DNA of 64,000 nt from Octopus bimaculoides. Taxonomy: Eukaryota. The notes under the pieces are model-generated. The model searched no databases and had not been told where the DNA came from. It saw only the letters and a program-made list of their open reading frames with translations. The position numbers and the translations under genes were made by a program. The stretch covers positions 64,097,732-64,161,731 of the forward strand of contig NC_068993.1 of NCBI RefSeq assembly GCF_001194135.2, read 5' to 3'. Of the stretch, positions 12,101-24,470 are shown piece after piece (the stretch's first letter is position 1; every line of letters begins with the position of its first letter).

Positions 12101-14404
12101 TTTTGCTCTATTACAAAGGTTCCACTTGACCGAAGCCTAACCTCTTTTTTACACTGTACCAATAAGAGAAAACCCTCCCGCCCTCTAACGATACACCAGT
12201 TAATTGCGGGGGATGTCTATCCGGCGTGGCTAATTTGATTTTCTCTTTCATTTTAGTTCGTACGTCTTGAGTACCACATTACAGCCACTGTTGCAAAACC
12301 CTGTATATTACAGCATCCATAGTATCTTCTCCATGAGAGGTGGGCAAACCATTAACAGAGTAATTTTGTGGTCACTCCACCATATCGAATTGACAGTAAC
12401 ACCTCTCTCCAATCTCACACAAAGCTTTTAAGCACAGCATAAGAGCTATATAAAGAGATATGCTCTGAAATATAGTGTCTGAAAGGGTGAGATGAACACG
12501 GATTCCCTTAGCAAGTGTGATCTAGAAGTAAGAATAGAAACGTCTTGCTATTTGGATTCACCATGGAGATATAAGTGCTGTAACCACGAAATAGATAAGA
12601 ACCAACGATTTTATACAGATGACTCATCGATCGTTTCAAACCATGGTTCTCATAATACATAATGTGCTTCTGAGTGTTGTGTTAGGCGAAGTTGAGAAGA
12701 GGGGTTTGTTATTTTTGGAATGACCTTGATCGTAGCTTTGCTGAGTCAGGCATGACTCGCAGTTGAACAACAACAACATCAGTATCAATTATTTAAATAA
12801 AGAGTCAAGAAGTTAAGAGCACTTTACTTATCTTGAATCACATTATTGAAAATAGCATCGCTAGCTACAAGCTTGCAACATGTCAAGCTCTGGTCTTCAG
12901 TATTTCCAACGGCGAAAGATACCGAGGTCACACACGGACAAAGAAGACGGACTTCTGGTCAGTCTCTGTACGCCAAAGTTTATTTGCAAAGTATTAGACA
13001 GTAACGTATTAGTGAAGCACTGATGGAGGGAACCATGAACCATGTTGCCGAGAAGCGAATCTCCTCTCCATGCATCCATATCCGTTGCTTATATCATTGT
13101 TCCGGAATCATCATCTAAAATGTTTATTGCTATTTTTTTGGCTTCTTTTTTGTTGAATCGAGGACAGTAAAAATCATTTCATGTAATGTGCAGGAGTAAG
13201 TTAAGTCAGCAAAACATTCAAAAAGCTATCCTTATATGAGAGACTGACTTCTGTAACACAACGTTAGTGATCAATGGAAAAGCTAAAAGTGTAGTAACTA
13301 CGGAGAAGATACAAGCACTACTCGTATAGTCCAAGATACTCTTAACAAGCCAGGATGCTAACGGTTGAAGTGCCGTTTGATGCTTGACCCTCCATTTGCT
13401 TAGAGTTAACATAGGGACATATGTCTACAATGTGAAATAACGTGTTCGTTGAATATTAGTACTAATTTTAAATGTCGCTAGTTTTACTGGAAACAGTCAT
13501 CTGATCTCATTTATAATAAGCCAAAGTCTATGACAGCTGTAACAGTGGTATAATAATACTGTAATATAACGGTACGAGATGAATAAAATGAGTCAAGAGA
13601 ATGGAAACAGATTAAGATTTCCGGTATGTACAATGTAATATTAATATTGCATGATAAAACATCAAATTAATTGTCCTGAAAACACATTAAATTTTAAGAA
13701 CGAGAAATTGATATAAAATCGTATAATTGTAAAAGAAAAACAAAACATTGAAATAAATTAATATAGAAATGAAAAGCAGCATTTAATAGCAATAGGGAAA
13801 ATATGAATAACAATTAAATATCTTCAACTTGAATAAATGTGAAACTTGAATACGGACACATCCTAATAAAACATCTTTCATTAATCTTTACTTAATTATT
13901 GCTCTTATATATGTAGTCTCTTGTACTAATTGCATTTTCCTTCCAGGTTAATATAAAAATATCAAGATTAATTAGAAACATGATGGGTTTGGGGTGGATT
14001 TGTTAAATTGGAGAAAATCTAATTAAACAATAAACGCGTATTTATATATTTAATAATATATTTGGTAGCTACTGTCTCCTTTTTAGGTTTCAAGAGAAGT
14101 ACATCACATAAGAGGATGAAAATAAAACAACAAGAACCGTATAAAGACAATGCGTCATCTACTATGTTCTGTCTATAGTCATGTCCATAAGTTGAATTAT
14201 GAGCACAATGATATCCAATGATATCACAAACACACACACACACACACATACGCACACGCAAACAACGTATGTATAAGTCAACCGAGTCTGATGAGAATGA
14301 ACCACAGCCTTTTGTATGACTCAAGTATGGATTAACTGAATCCTTCTATATTTGTGGCTGTTGGTGTTAGAACCATAGCTTATATATGTCTGTAGTTTGG
14401 GAGT

Positions 14405-14590
14405 TTGCTAGGCACGTAAAAACACCTTTTTGAGCGTGGCCGTTGCCAGTACCGTGTGACTGGCCCTCGTGCCGATGGCATGTAGAAGCACCCACTATAC
14501 TCTCGGAGTGGTTGGCGTTAGGAAGGGCATCCAGCTGTAGAAACTCTGCCTAATCAGATTGGAGCCTCGTGCAGCCTTCTGGCTTGCCAG
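14405..14590 (+). mobile_element. SINE 3' portion (family C)
   Basis: GC-rich block with GAGTGGTTGGCGTTAGGAAGGGCATCCAGCTGTAGAAACTCTGCC, recognised from memory as an abundant octopus SINE segment. Confidence 0.7.
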
Positions 14591-14949
14591 AATGAATTTG
14601 TAAGACATGTCATTCATCGTATTTTATTTAATGCTGCTTCTCCGACGCTGTGAGATCGAATCACACTCAGGTTAAAATAAATGCCTCATGTAAATTGATC
14701 TGGGCACTTCTATATTTGATGAAAGCATGAACTTACATCGTGAGATTTCTTTGCAAGGCGCAAACCTGAGGAAACGCTTCTTTCTAATGATGCTTCCTAT
14801 TCTTCATGTCACTGTTATTGGCCAATGAAGAGACAGAATCAAGTTCAGCTTAACACCAGTATTCCTGAAGTGCCTGATGAGGACGCAACGAGCCACAATA
14901 GATATCACAAGACATCGAGACTTATACAATAACACTTCTGCCAATCAAG

Positions 14950-15075
14950 ACACCTTATTTATTAATTCTGAATGGATGAAAGTCACAGATGATCTCATTG
15001 GGATTTGAAATCAGAGCGCAGAGAATCGGAATAAATACTGCAAAACATTGAATTAGGCGAAACATTCCTCTTCGC
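14950..15075 (-). mobile_element. Degenerate SINE (family D)
   Basis: CTGAATGGATGAAAGTCACAGATGATCTCATTGGGATTTGAAATCAGAGC parallels 27110-27165 (CTGAATGGATGAAAAGTAAAGTAGACCTCGGAGGTATTTGAACTCAGAAC). Confidence 0.6.
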
Positions 15076-15644
15076 ATTTTCGAGAACTCCTCTTGCTTCT
15101 GACTATTTACCACACTAAATTAAGAAAACAAGAAAATAATTTAATCGTTAAATATATCTTAAAAATCCTCAAATGTACAGAAAATGACAAATAATTTCTT
15201 GGTTAGTTTTTATTTATTTATTCAATTATTTTTTATTGATCCCATTCAAAAGAATGCAAAACAAAATGTTTGTTTATTGAACTAAAAAGGTTAATCAGTT
15301 AATATGTTACAAACACATTTCACCAGAGATATATCTAGTTCTTCAGAAATACTTCTTGAAGACGTTCGCATGCAGCCAATGATAATGAAATCAGAATTAG
15401 GTTACAATGCAGAATATTACATTTGTAGTCGCGAATAGCTTCCCATTTTGATTTAATAAGGAAGTTGATATTGGTGATAATTTCATTCTGTACTAACGTC
15501 TTTAGAGACAATTTCTTGGCGAGAGTTCAATTAAGAAGAAATTCTATTTGCCACCCTTGTTTCCCCAGATGTTTATTGATTTTTGGCGTAAGAAAAAGAC
15601 TAACTTTGCATAAGAGACACTTCTTGAACAAATCGACCTTACAT

Positions 15645-15790
15645 GTGTTTTACTGGTTTCAAGTTAGTGGACTATGACCAGGCTCTATTTCTGCTCTATT
15701 TCTGGTATTCATATCAATCTAAGGATAGGAAGAGGATGGAAAACAAATTAGTTCCCGGATGAACTTTAAATACATTACAAATAGAATTTA
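15645..15790 (-). mobile_element. Degenerate SINE (family D)
   Basis: TTTTACTGGTTTCAAGTTAGTGGACTATGACC resembles the reverse complement of the tail at 22400-22440, followed by a family-D-like body. Confidence 0.45.
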
Positions 15791-18700
15791 TTAATTCGCT
15801 TTGAATATTATAAATATCTATTTTTTATTTTGTATTCAAAATTGTTGAGTATCTCCACGTCAGTCATAATGGAATGCATCGATGTTTAAAGGTGTCTCAT
15901 CCCTTTCCATTTAATCATATTGTTAATAACTGGGGATTAGATAAACGTAGTTTATTGTCGCCTACATTATCCAATGTGTCTACGTGATATAAGATGATGC
16001 AAGAAGTTTGAAGCAGGTGAAGGAACTAAGCTGATTCTCCGTCGTTAACACCCGAAAAGACAATCAGGTGGCACACATGATTTCACCGAGGACAATTAGA
16101 TTTAACTGTTATATAAAGTATCCATCAACAGTAATAGGGACAGTAAACGTCATTGTTTTAAGCAACATGTGAATTTGTGACACTATTACTAAAAGGTTAA
16201 ACTTATTGTAAAAGGGTTAAACGAAACGGTTCTAACTTCAAATAATAATAAGAATCGCAACCTCAGTGAATTTACACCTGATAACGTGACACATTTAGAA
16301 GCTTTTAAGAATTTTGTTCAAGTGTTTTATCATCACCCAACTGTTATTGAATCAACCAACGATAATTTCTAAATTAAACCGCAGTGGTAGCAAATCTATT
16401 CAGAAATTAACATCAGATAATTCAGCGATAAACTGTTCCTGGTGTGTTTATCAACTCTTCCAAAGTTGATTCTGCAATCATAAAAGCTCGAGTTCCAGTG
16501 ATCAATTCAGATGATAAACTGGTAAAGAGCATCACCGTAAAAGTGTTGCTATGTTACTGAAGAGATTTCTTCCTTTTACTAGAAACAAATTCTGTTACTT
16601 TCTTTCTAGATTCCTCTGACTTGACTGAAGCCTGCTGGCTCAACGCTTCATGAATTTAACCAGTCACATCACTTTTAGAATTTATTTTAAAAGTTTCGTT
16701 CATATTTAATCGACCTTCACTTTTCAAAATATACTTAAGTAAACGGATTTTAAGTGTTGTAAACGTAAATACATACATTTGTATGTAAATACATATATAC
16801 ACGTCATATTGCACACACAGAATATACCTATAAGATACGATCATAGATTTTGTCTGCCACGAAGTGAATTAAAAAACAAAATACGTATTCCTTAACCGTT
16901 ATGGCAAACGCCAATTAGAACAGATTATTTAACTAACATGTCTATATTAACAATGAATTTCTTGTCGATAGCAATTCTGGTAAAGAACTTCATTATACAG
17001 ACGGTATAGCCAAATATCATGTCTAATTTACTTTCTATCTAGTCTAAAAACTAATATATGTGATCTAAGTATAAACTAAATAACGACATTACCAACGTTC
17101 ATTGCCAAATAAATTTAATGCTTTGACTTCGAACGATACACCGAAGATAAAGTTAGATTTATAATAGTCACAAGGAAACTGAAGTCTGTTTCCAGAAAAA
17201 AGAATTCAAAGAAAAGAAAAGTCACCCTAATGTTTCTAAAAACATCGTAAATCAAGGTTATAGGCAATAATATTTAAACACTTACTTTATCCCATTCACT
17301 GACAACTATTTCTTTAGACAGTTAAACAGCTGCTTATACCATTTCTCTGGCTGTATTTCCATGAATCTGTGGGACTGTGATAGCAGAACTCCATCCCAGG
17401 GCTGGTTGAGGATCTCACTAACTCACAACCTTCATTCCACTATCTAAAGAAAAAGTAATAAACACGTTCATCCAGGTTGAGACAGATCACTCCAATACAG
17501 TGGCTACCCAGCAAACGTGGAAGGCATTAAGTATACCTTACCTGCACAGCCGGTCAAATATCGCCATAAAACGTAAAATAACTTTGTCTTGCACTTTCTG
17601 GCCACTTAGAAACCGAGGGAAAGGTAGAGACATTATTGAAACTTATGCAATATATATCGTTTGGTTATCAAACCTAAATTTGAAGGTATGAGAGACAGAG
17701 CCATTGTGTTTCTCTAGAAAGGAGGCACTTCATCTCCACCCCGAATATCATTTATTTGTGGACATAGTAGATGGTATTCAGTTAAGTGTATGTTTTACAA
17801 CCGAATAGAATATCACTCAAAGAAGCATGGCGTTCGTGGAACAATGAAAATTAGCTGATACTTATAATAACTCCATTGCTAACTTTTACAGTTAATTATT
17901 ATTGGAAAGTATAATATAAGCGTGGATGGAAATATTTTGCAATAATGCATAGCACAATAAATGTAAAATCTTCAATGAATAATTTATGTCAAGATAGTTT
18001 CTTGGCTGTAAACTACATATGCATTGCATGTATAACCTTTCCGACGCTAAATTAAGACTTAAAACATTTTATATATGACTCATGTATGGGCTATATAAAT
18101 GTCATTTGATTTGATCCTCTAAGGGAATTTCACGAAAGCTTGGGAACCATACGTATGTAAAGCATACATGAAGGGGTCATTCGACCTATTGGGTGAAACA
18201 CTTGACACATCACCTAGTTTTCAGTGATCTTGTAATATTTTTAGCAAGGTACTTTGGTTGTCTGCTAACGCAGCTTTTCATATAGAAATTGACTTGCAGT
18301 TGCTCAAGAATGACATTAATCATGGAGGCCACATCAATCTAAGCGCTTGAAGTTCCAGAAACAATCTTCAGATGCATTCAAGTAAAACAAATAAAATATC
18401 CTTCTTTTTGAACATTAAACACAATTTTCAATGACTGACAAGTAAAAAAAAAACAAGCAAACAAAAAGAGAAAACAAATTTGATACAATGTCTCTCATGA
18501 ATTCACATCTCGTGTTGGTAACTTTCGGGACAACATGCGTTCAAATGTCATGTTATGTGCGATAATATGCACAAAAATATCCACAAAATTTTTTCCAACT
18601 CCGTGATTTACTGTTTTAAAGTTACAGAGATATATTAACAAACCTGCCTCGCTATCTCATGCATATATTTATATCTGACAGGAAAGATAGACGCTTGAAA

Positions 18701-19345
18701 AATAAAGCCAAGTTTCTCACATATTACTTTCTCTGCACCGACCTTTCTGTGGTTTGTAAAAATTTTCCGTTTTCTAACTTTTCTACTTTGAATTAAGAAA
18801 TATATCTTGCTGGATAAATATTTTCTTCATCCCCTACTCACAAAAAGCAACGAGAGTTTTTGTCCTCTGACAGTATTTCCTCCCTTTTCAGCTTCCGGTT
18901 CCGTTTTGCATCATATACATTCTTACTCTTCTTCCGATTCTGATTCCGTTTTCATTCACTCTTTCATAATCTTCTAAGGACGGACAATTTGTAACGAAGA
19001 GGATTGTAGACAATATCCTACATTCTATTGAATCTACAACTTCATATCTTGATCAAGGATAGCAATTTATTCGAGTTACTGAATTTAAAAGTAGGGAAGA
19101 AATATGAAAGTAAGAGTTTCACGAATACACTTCTTTTGTTTACCACGTTCTTTCCGATTTTGCAATTTCTTTCAATGCTTCTTCACGTTTTTGTATTTTC
19201 CCACTAAGAATATCCGAGGTATCGCTGTCGATAATAGTTCTGGCAATTATTGTTGCAGTAGTCATGAAACGTTTGTGAGGCGGTTTCAGCCGGTGAGTAT
19301 GATGTATACATATATATGTGTGTGTGTGTGCATAAATATATGTAC

Positions 19346-19348
<3 letters not shown>

Positions 19349-19427
<79 letters not shown>
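19349..19427. repeat. (TA)n microsatellite
   Basis: Direct. Confidence 0.98.
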
Positions 19428-19429
<2 letters not shown>

Positions 19430-19754
19430 GCGTGCACATGTATATACATACGCGCACACACACATATGCATATGCTGAGAACATATAAACGCACACCATA
19501 TTTTTCTTCGTTTTAAACATTTAGTTAGATATCGATGTCCGATGATCACATGAATGTCACACACGTATGGAAATAGAAATGTATTTAATTTATATATCAG
19601 TATTTTTGTTTGCATGTATGTGCAAGTAGATATGAATGTGTATATATTCATACTCATGTATGTATATCTGTTGATATATGTGTAAGTACGTGTATATACA
19701 TGTGTGTATAAATCTTTGCATGTACGTATATTCATAAATGTATATAGATGCATG

Positions 19755-19786
<32 letters not shown>

Positions 19787-20030
19787 TGCTTAAAAGAGTT
19801 CCAACACTGTCTGTTTTTTATGTTTTATTTATATTCCTGCAGAACTAATGTGGGGTATAGAATATGGAATATACAATATATAATATAATATACAATATAT
19901 AATATAAAATAAAATAAAAATGGATGGCACCATGAAATAAAGTATTGAATGTAGATGAAATATTGAGTGTTCAATATAAAGGATCAAATATATAAATATA
20001 TAAATATAAATATAAATATATATATATAAA

Positions 20031-20070
20031 GGCGACTCGAGTTTCAGGGCTATTTCCCTTCGTCATGGCC
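20031..20070 (-). ncRNA. Minimal type-I hammerhead-ribozyme-like motif with a 1-nt core insertion (possibly from a Penelope-like element)
   Basis: Minus strand GGC-C(A)TGACGA-AGGG-AAATAG-CCCT-GAAAC-TCGA-GTC-GCC: stem I GGC/GCC, stem II AGGG/CCCT, 2-bp stem III with palindromic loop TCGA, GUC cleavage triplet. Confidence 0.65.
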
Positions 20071-20339
20071 GGTATGAATATATATATAAATACATAATGT
20101 TTGAAACATGTGTAGGAATTCAAGGAACTTATTCATTATATGCGTTTTGCTCCATTTATTATTATATTTATATCAACTCAAAATACATCACTTTAACATG
20201 GTATTTCTACCCCTTAACCGGGTATAATATCCCAGTTTTTGTGTGGTTTTTGCTACCCTGGTAACTATTAACATATTTGCATTATCGAAGTTTTTCATCC
20301 AAGATAATACTAATATATATACTCACATATATATATCGT

Positions 20340-20520
20340 TGGTTATTTTCTTCCTCTGTCTTCCTTTCTATTGGACTTTCCTCTATTTCCGAAGAAGAGC
20401 GTTGCTCGAAACGTTAGACCATCTTTCTTTCCTTCCCAGAGCGTCTGCTAATATTTTACATGTACCATGTCCACGCGTTGTTGTATTTTTTTTTGTGTTT
20501 GTTCTTAATTTTGGGATTTA
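20340..20520 (+). repeat. Possible Penelope-like terminal remnant with a degenerate hammerhead-like motif
   Basis: CCGAAGA-AGAGC-GTT-GCTC-GAAAC at 20389-20412 in a T-rich context; a block of similar character lies at 63270-63450. Confidence 0.35.
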
Positions 20521-22349
20521 CTAAATAAATATATACCTATATAGAAATATCTATGTACATATAAATATGCNNNNNNNNNNNNNNNNNNNNNNNNNNNNNN
20601 NNNNNNNNNNNNNNNNNNNNNNNNNNNNNNNNNNNNNNNNNNNNNNNNNNNNNNNNNNNNNNNNNNNNNNNNNNNNNNNNNNNNNNNNNNNNNNNNNNNN
20701 NNNNNNNNNNNNNNNNNNNNNNNNNNNNNNNNNNNNNNNNNNNNNNNNNNNNATATATATATATATATACACATGCACTCGTGCGTGCGTGTGATGTCTG
20801 TAAACATATGCTTTCTATGTTTATAGTCAAACGCGAAAATGTACTGTTTGGACTTAAACTGTAAGTTAACTCTATGTTCGATGTTACTTGGCGGAGAGCT
20901 GATAAGAAGACAACGACGATATTGTATTTAGTCGGGATATTTAAAAGAAGATTTAAATTAGGTAAATTAATTGCAAGGCAAAAGGTTAATTAACGAAGCT
21001 ATTAAAATAACTGTTAATTAAAACATAACTTGTAGAGAATATAAGATGTAACGGCAGCATTATTAAATGTACGTTTAATTATAAGTAATGCACGAGTGAA
21101 ACACCTACACACAGACAGTCAAGCACAGCAGACAGAAATACACAAAAACGCAAAAACAAAAAGCACACTCAAACACACACACATACATACATGCATATAC
21201 ATGTAACAGAATGACTCAGCTCCACATTGCTTAACGTTTCATATTATCAAAATACTTGAAACTAAATACGCTAAATAGAACCTTCTTTTGTTCGTGCACA
21301 CACTTGTATGTATGTGTGTGTGTGTGTGGGTATTCACGCATATATGTATATATATATATATATATATATNNNNNNNNNNNNNNNNNNNNNNNNNNNNNNN
21401 NNNNNNNNNNNNNNNNNNNNNNNNNNNNNNNNNNNNNNNNNNNNNNNNNNNNNNNNNNNNNNNNNNNNNNNNNNNNNNNNNNNNNNNNNNNNNNNNNNNN
21501 NNNNNNNNNNNNNNNNNNNNNNNNNNNNNNNNNNNNNNNNNNNNNNNNNNNNNNNNNNNNNNNNNNNNNNNNNNNNNNNNNNNNNNNNNNNNNNNNNNNN
21601 NNNNNNNNNNNNNNNNNNNNNNNNNNNNNNNNNNNNNNNNNNNNNNNNNNNNNNNNNNNNNNNNNNNNNNNNNNNNNNNNNNNNNNNNNNNNNNNNNNNN
21701 NNNNNNNNNNNNNNNNNNNNNNNNNNNNNNNNNNNNNNNNNNNNNNNNNNNNNNNNNNNNNNNNNNNNNNNNNNNNNNNNNNNNNNNNNNNNNNNNNNNN
21801 NNNNNNNNNNNNNNNNNNNNNNNNNNNNNNNNNNNNNNNNNNNNNNNNNNNNNNNNNNNNNNNNNNNNNNNNNNNNNNNNNNNNNNNNNNNNNNNNNNNN
21901 NNNNNNNNNNNNNNNNNNNNNNNNNNNNNNNNNNNNNNNNNNNNNNNNNNNNNNNNNNNNNNNNNNNNNNNNNNNNNNNNNNNNNNNNNNNNNNNNNNNN
22001 NNNNNNNNNNNNNNNNNNNNNNNNNNNNNNNNNNNNNNNNNNNNNNNNNNNNNNNNNNNNNNNNNNNNNNNNNNNNNNNNNNNNNNNNNNNNNNNNNNNN
22101 NNNNNNNNNNNNNNNNNNNNNNNNNNNNNNNNNNNNNNNNNNNNNNNNNNNNNNNNNNNNNNNNNNNNNNNNNNNNNNNNNNNNNNNNNNNNNNNNNNNN
22201 NNNTATATATATATATATATATATATGTAGTATGAATAATACAGAATGGGACAAGGATGCAAAACATAGAGATAGACGATACAAGGAAACAAGGACAGGT
22301 CGTTCGGTTCGGCAAAATTGCCCGATATAATACGTACTAAGTTTTAAAA

Positions 22350-22440
22350 AAATAAGTCTGGAGGTGAATTTGTTTGACTAAAAACCTTCAAGGCGGTGCC
22401 CCAGCATGGCCGCAGTCAAATGACTGAAGCAAATAAAAAA
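22350..22440 (+). mobile_element. SINE 3' tail (family D variant)
   Basis: AAGGCGGTGCCCCAGCATGGCCGCAGTCAAATGACTGAAGCAAATAAAA, recognised from memory as an octopus SINE tail. Confidence 0.7.
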
Positions 22441-23870
22441 TACAGTTGATTGTATGTGTATGTATGCCCTTGTATATGCTGCTGTAAATATGTCCAAATA
22501 CGTCATGGTATTTAAAGGGAGGTAAAGCTTAGAATTTTCTGCATCAGTTGAACTGATAACCTACCAACTTTCTTGATAAACTGCCAACTATATTTTGTGA
22601 CTATTGTGTTCAGGAAATTCCTTGAAGCTTTTCAAAGGTCGTACTTTAGTGACTGCAGCCTGTAAGAGGAGAGCCGATAACAATGAAGAACATAATTACA
22701 ATCGCTTCATTCTTAATGGTGGCGTTCGTATTGGTGAAAGATTAAGAGACGAGCAATTTAGTGTGAATGGTCTTTTCAAGATATGTGTATTTGGAGTCTG
22801 TGACGTTTAATGTAAACAGCAAAAACCATAGAAATTGAGAAAACGGTAAGCAGCATCAGGCCTTGACTTGACACACTTCTTCACATCAAGTGTATCACTT
22901 GTTCAAACGCTCCATTTTATATCTTTTGTCATTTCTTTTCATTTTCTCTCTCTGTTTCTTTTCTCTCACTTCGATCCCCTCGGACTCATCTTCTCTTTTC
23001 TCTCTATTGACGTTATCAAACATACGTGGTACTATTATTTAAAGTACAATTTTCATACACGCTATAAATCACCAGAGACAAGCAATTAATTAATACTCGT
23101 CGTGAATAATTTAAGCATAAAAGGAGTTTCCGCGATTTCTGTTGTTGTTTATAATTTACGTTTTGTATTGCTCTTACACCTCACTAAGCTTTCAATGTGT
23201 ATTTACAAAATCAATTTTATAGAATCTCAAAAAAAAAAAAATAAATAAATAAAAGGTACAAAAGGTCAAGAATAAAACTAAAAATGAATATTGCGAGAAC
23301 TGTTGATAGAAGAAGAAATAAAAGATTATAAAATGACAAAAGAATTTTAAAAAAAAGTTAAAAAAAGAATAACTAAACTTTATACCAATAAAATAAAACA
23401 AGGAAAAAAGCGAAATAATAAAACAAGTACGTCAATAAAATAAACAAGCCGTTGACTGTCTGAAATATCTAATTTAATCTAAACGTATTCAATAAGAGAA
23501 TTGTCCAAGACTTCCAATATAAGACAATGAAAATCCCGGTATGACAATATAAGCGAAATAATTGTGAGTTTCAAATTGAATTTCATGAATGAAGAACATC
23601 CGTTTGAGAAATGGCGCTCAAATTAGAATTACTGACAAATGAATAAAATTTCTCGAACGATTGAACCCAACAAAAACACCACAAAACAAAGTAAATCGAC
23701 AGATATCAGTAGTGGACGAGAAAATACCTATTCTGTTATTCATAGGGGGAAAAAAACGATTAAATTCAAAGTATAAAATACACACATATATAAATAAATA
23801 AATATATAAGTACACACATACATAGACGCCACCAGACCGATATTGAGATAAATAATAAATACACGGAACT

Positions 23871-23903
<33 letters not shown>

Positions 23904-24435
23904 ATGTANNNNNNNNNNNNNNNNNNNNNNNNNNNNNNNNNNNNNNNNNNNNNNNNNNNNNNNNNNNNNNNNNNNNNNNNNNNNNNNNNNNNNNNNNNNN
24001 NNNNNNNNNNNNNNNNNNNNNNNNNNNNNNNNNNNNNNNNNNNNNNNNNNNNNNNNNNNNNNNNNNNNNNNNNNNNNNNNNNNNNNNNNNNNNNNNNNNN
24101 NNNNNNNNNNNNNNNNNNNNNNNNNNNNNNNNNNNNNNNNNNNNNNNNNNNNNNNNNNNNNNNNNNNNNNNNNNNNNNNNNNNNNNNNNNNNNNNNNNNN
24201 NNNNNNNNNNNNNNNNNNNNNNNNNNNNNNNNNNNNNNNNNNNNNNNNNNNNNNNNNNNNNNNNNNNNNNNNNNNNNNNNNNNNNNNNNNNNNNNNNNNN
24301 NNNNNNNNNNNNNNNNNNNNNNNNNNNNNNNNNNNNNNNNNNNNNNNNNNNNNNNNNNNNNNNNNNNNNNNNNNNNNNNNNNNNNNNNNNNNNNNNNNNN
24401 NNNNNNNNNNNNNNNNNNNNNNNNNNNNNNNNNNN

Positions 24436-24470
<35 letters not shown>

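Noticed and set aside
12897-13079. ORF with GN and SLSVCDL resembling GPCR TM1/TM2
   Set aside because: N-to-D spacing is 39 residues instead of ~28, and there is no hydrophobic helix.
17340-17610. Minus-strand donor CAG|GTAAGG and acceptor TTTTTCTTTAG flanking a ~98-nt intron
   Set aside because: Spliced frames hit stops almost at once; within chance expectation.
20889-20906. TGGCGGAGAGCTGATAAG resembling miR-184
   Set aside because: It has a deletion in the seed, a mismatch and a divergent 3' end, and the opposing arm pairs poorly.
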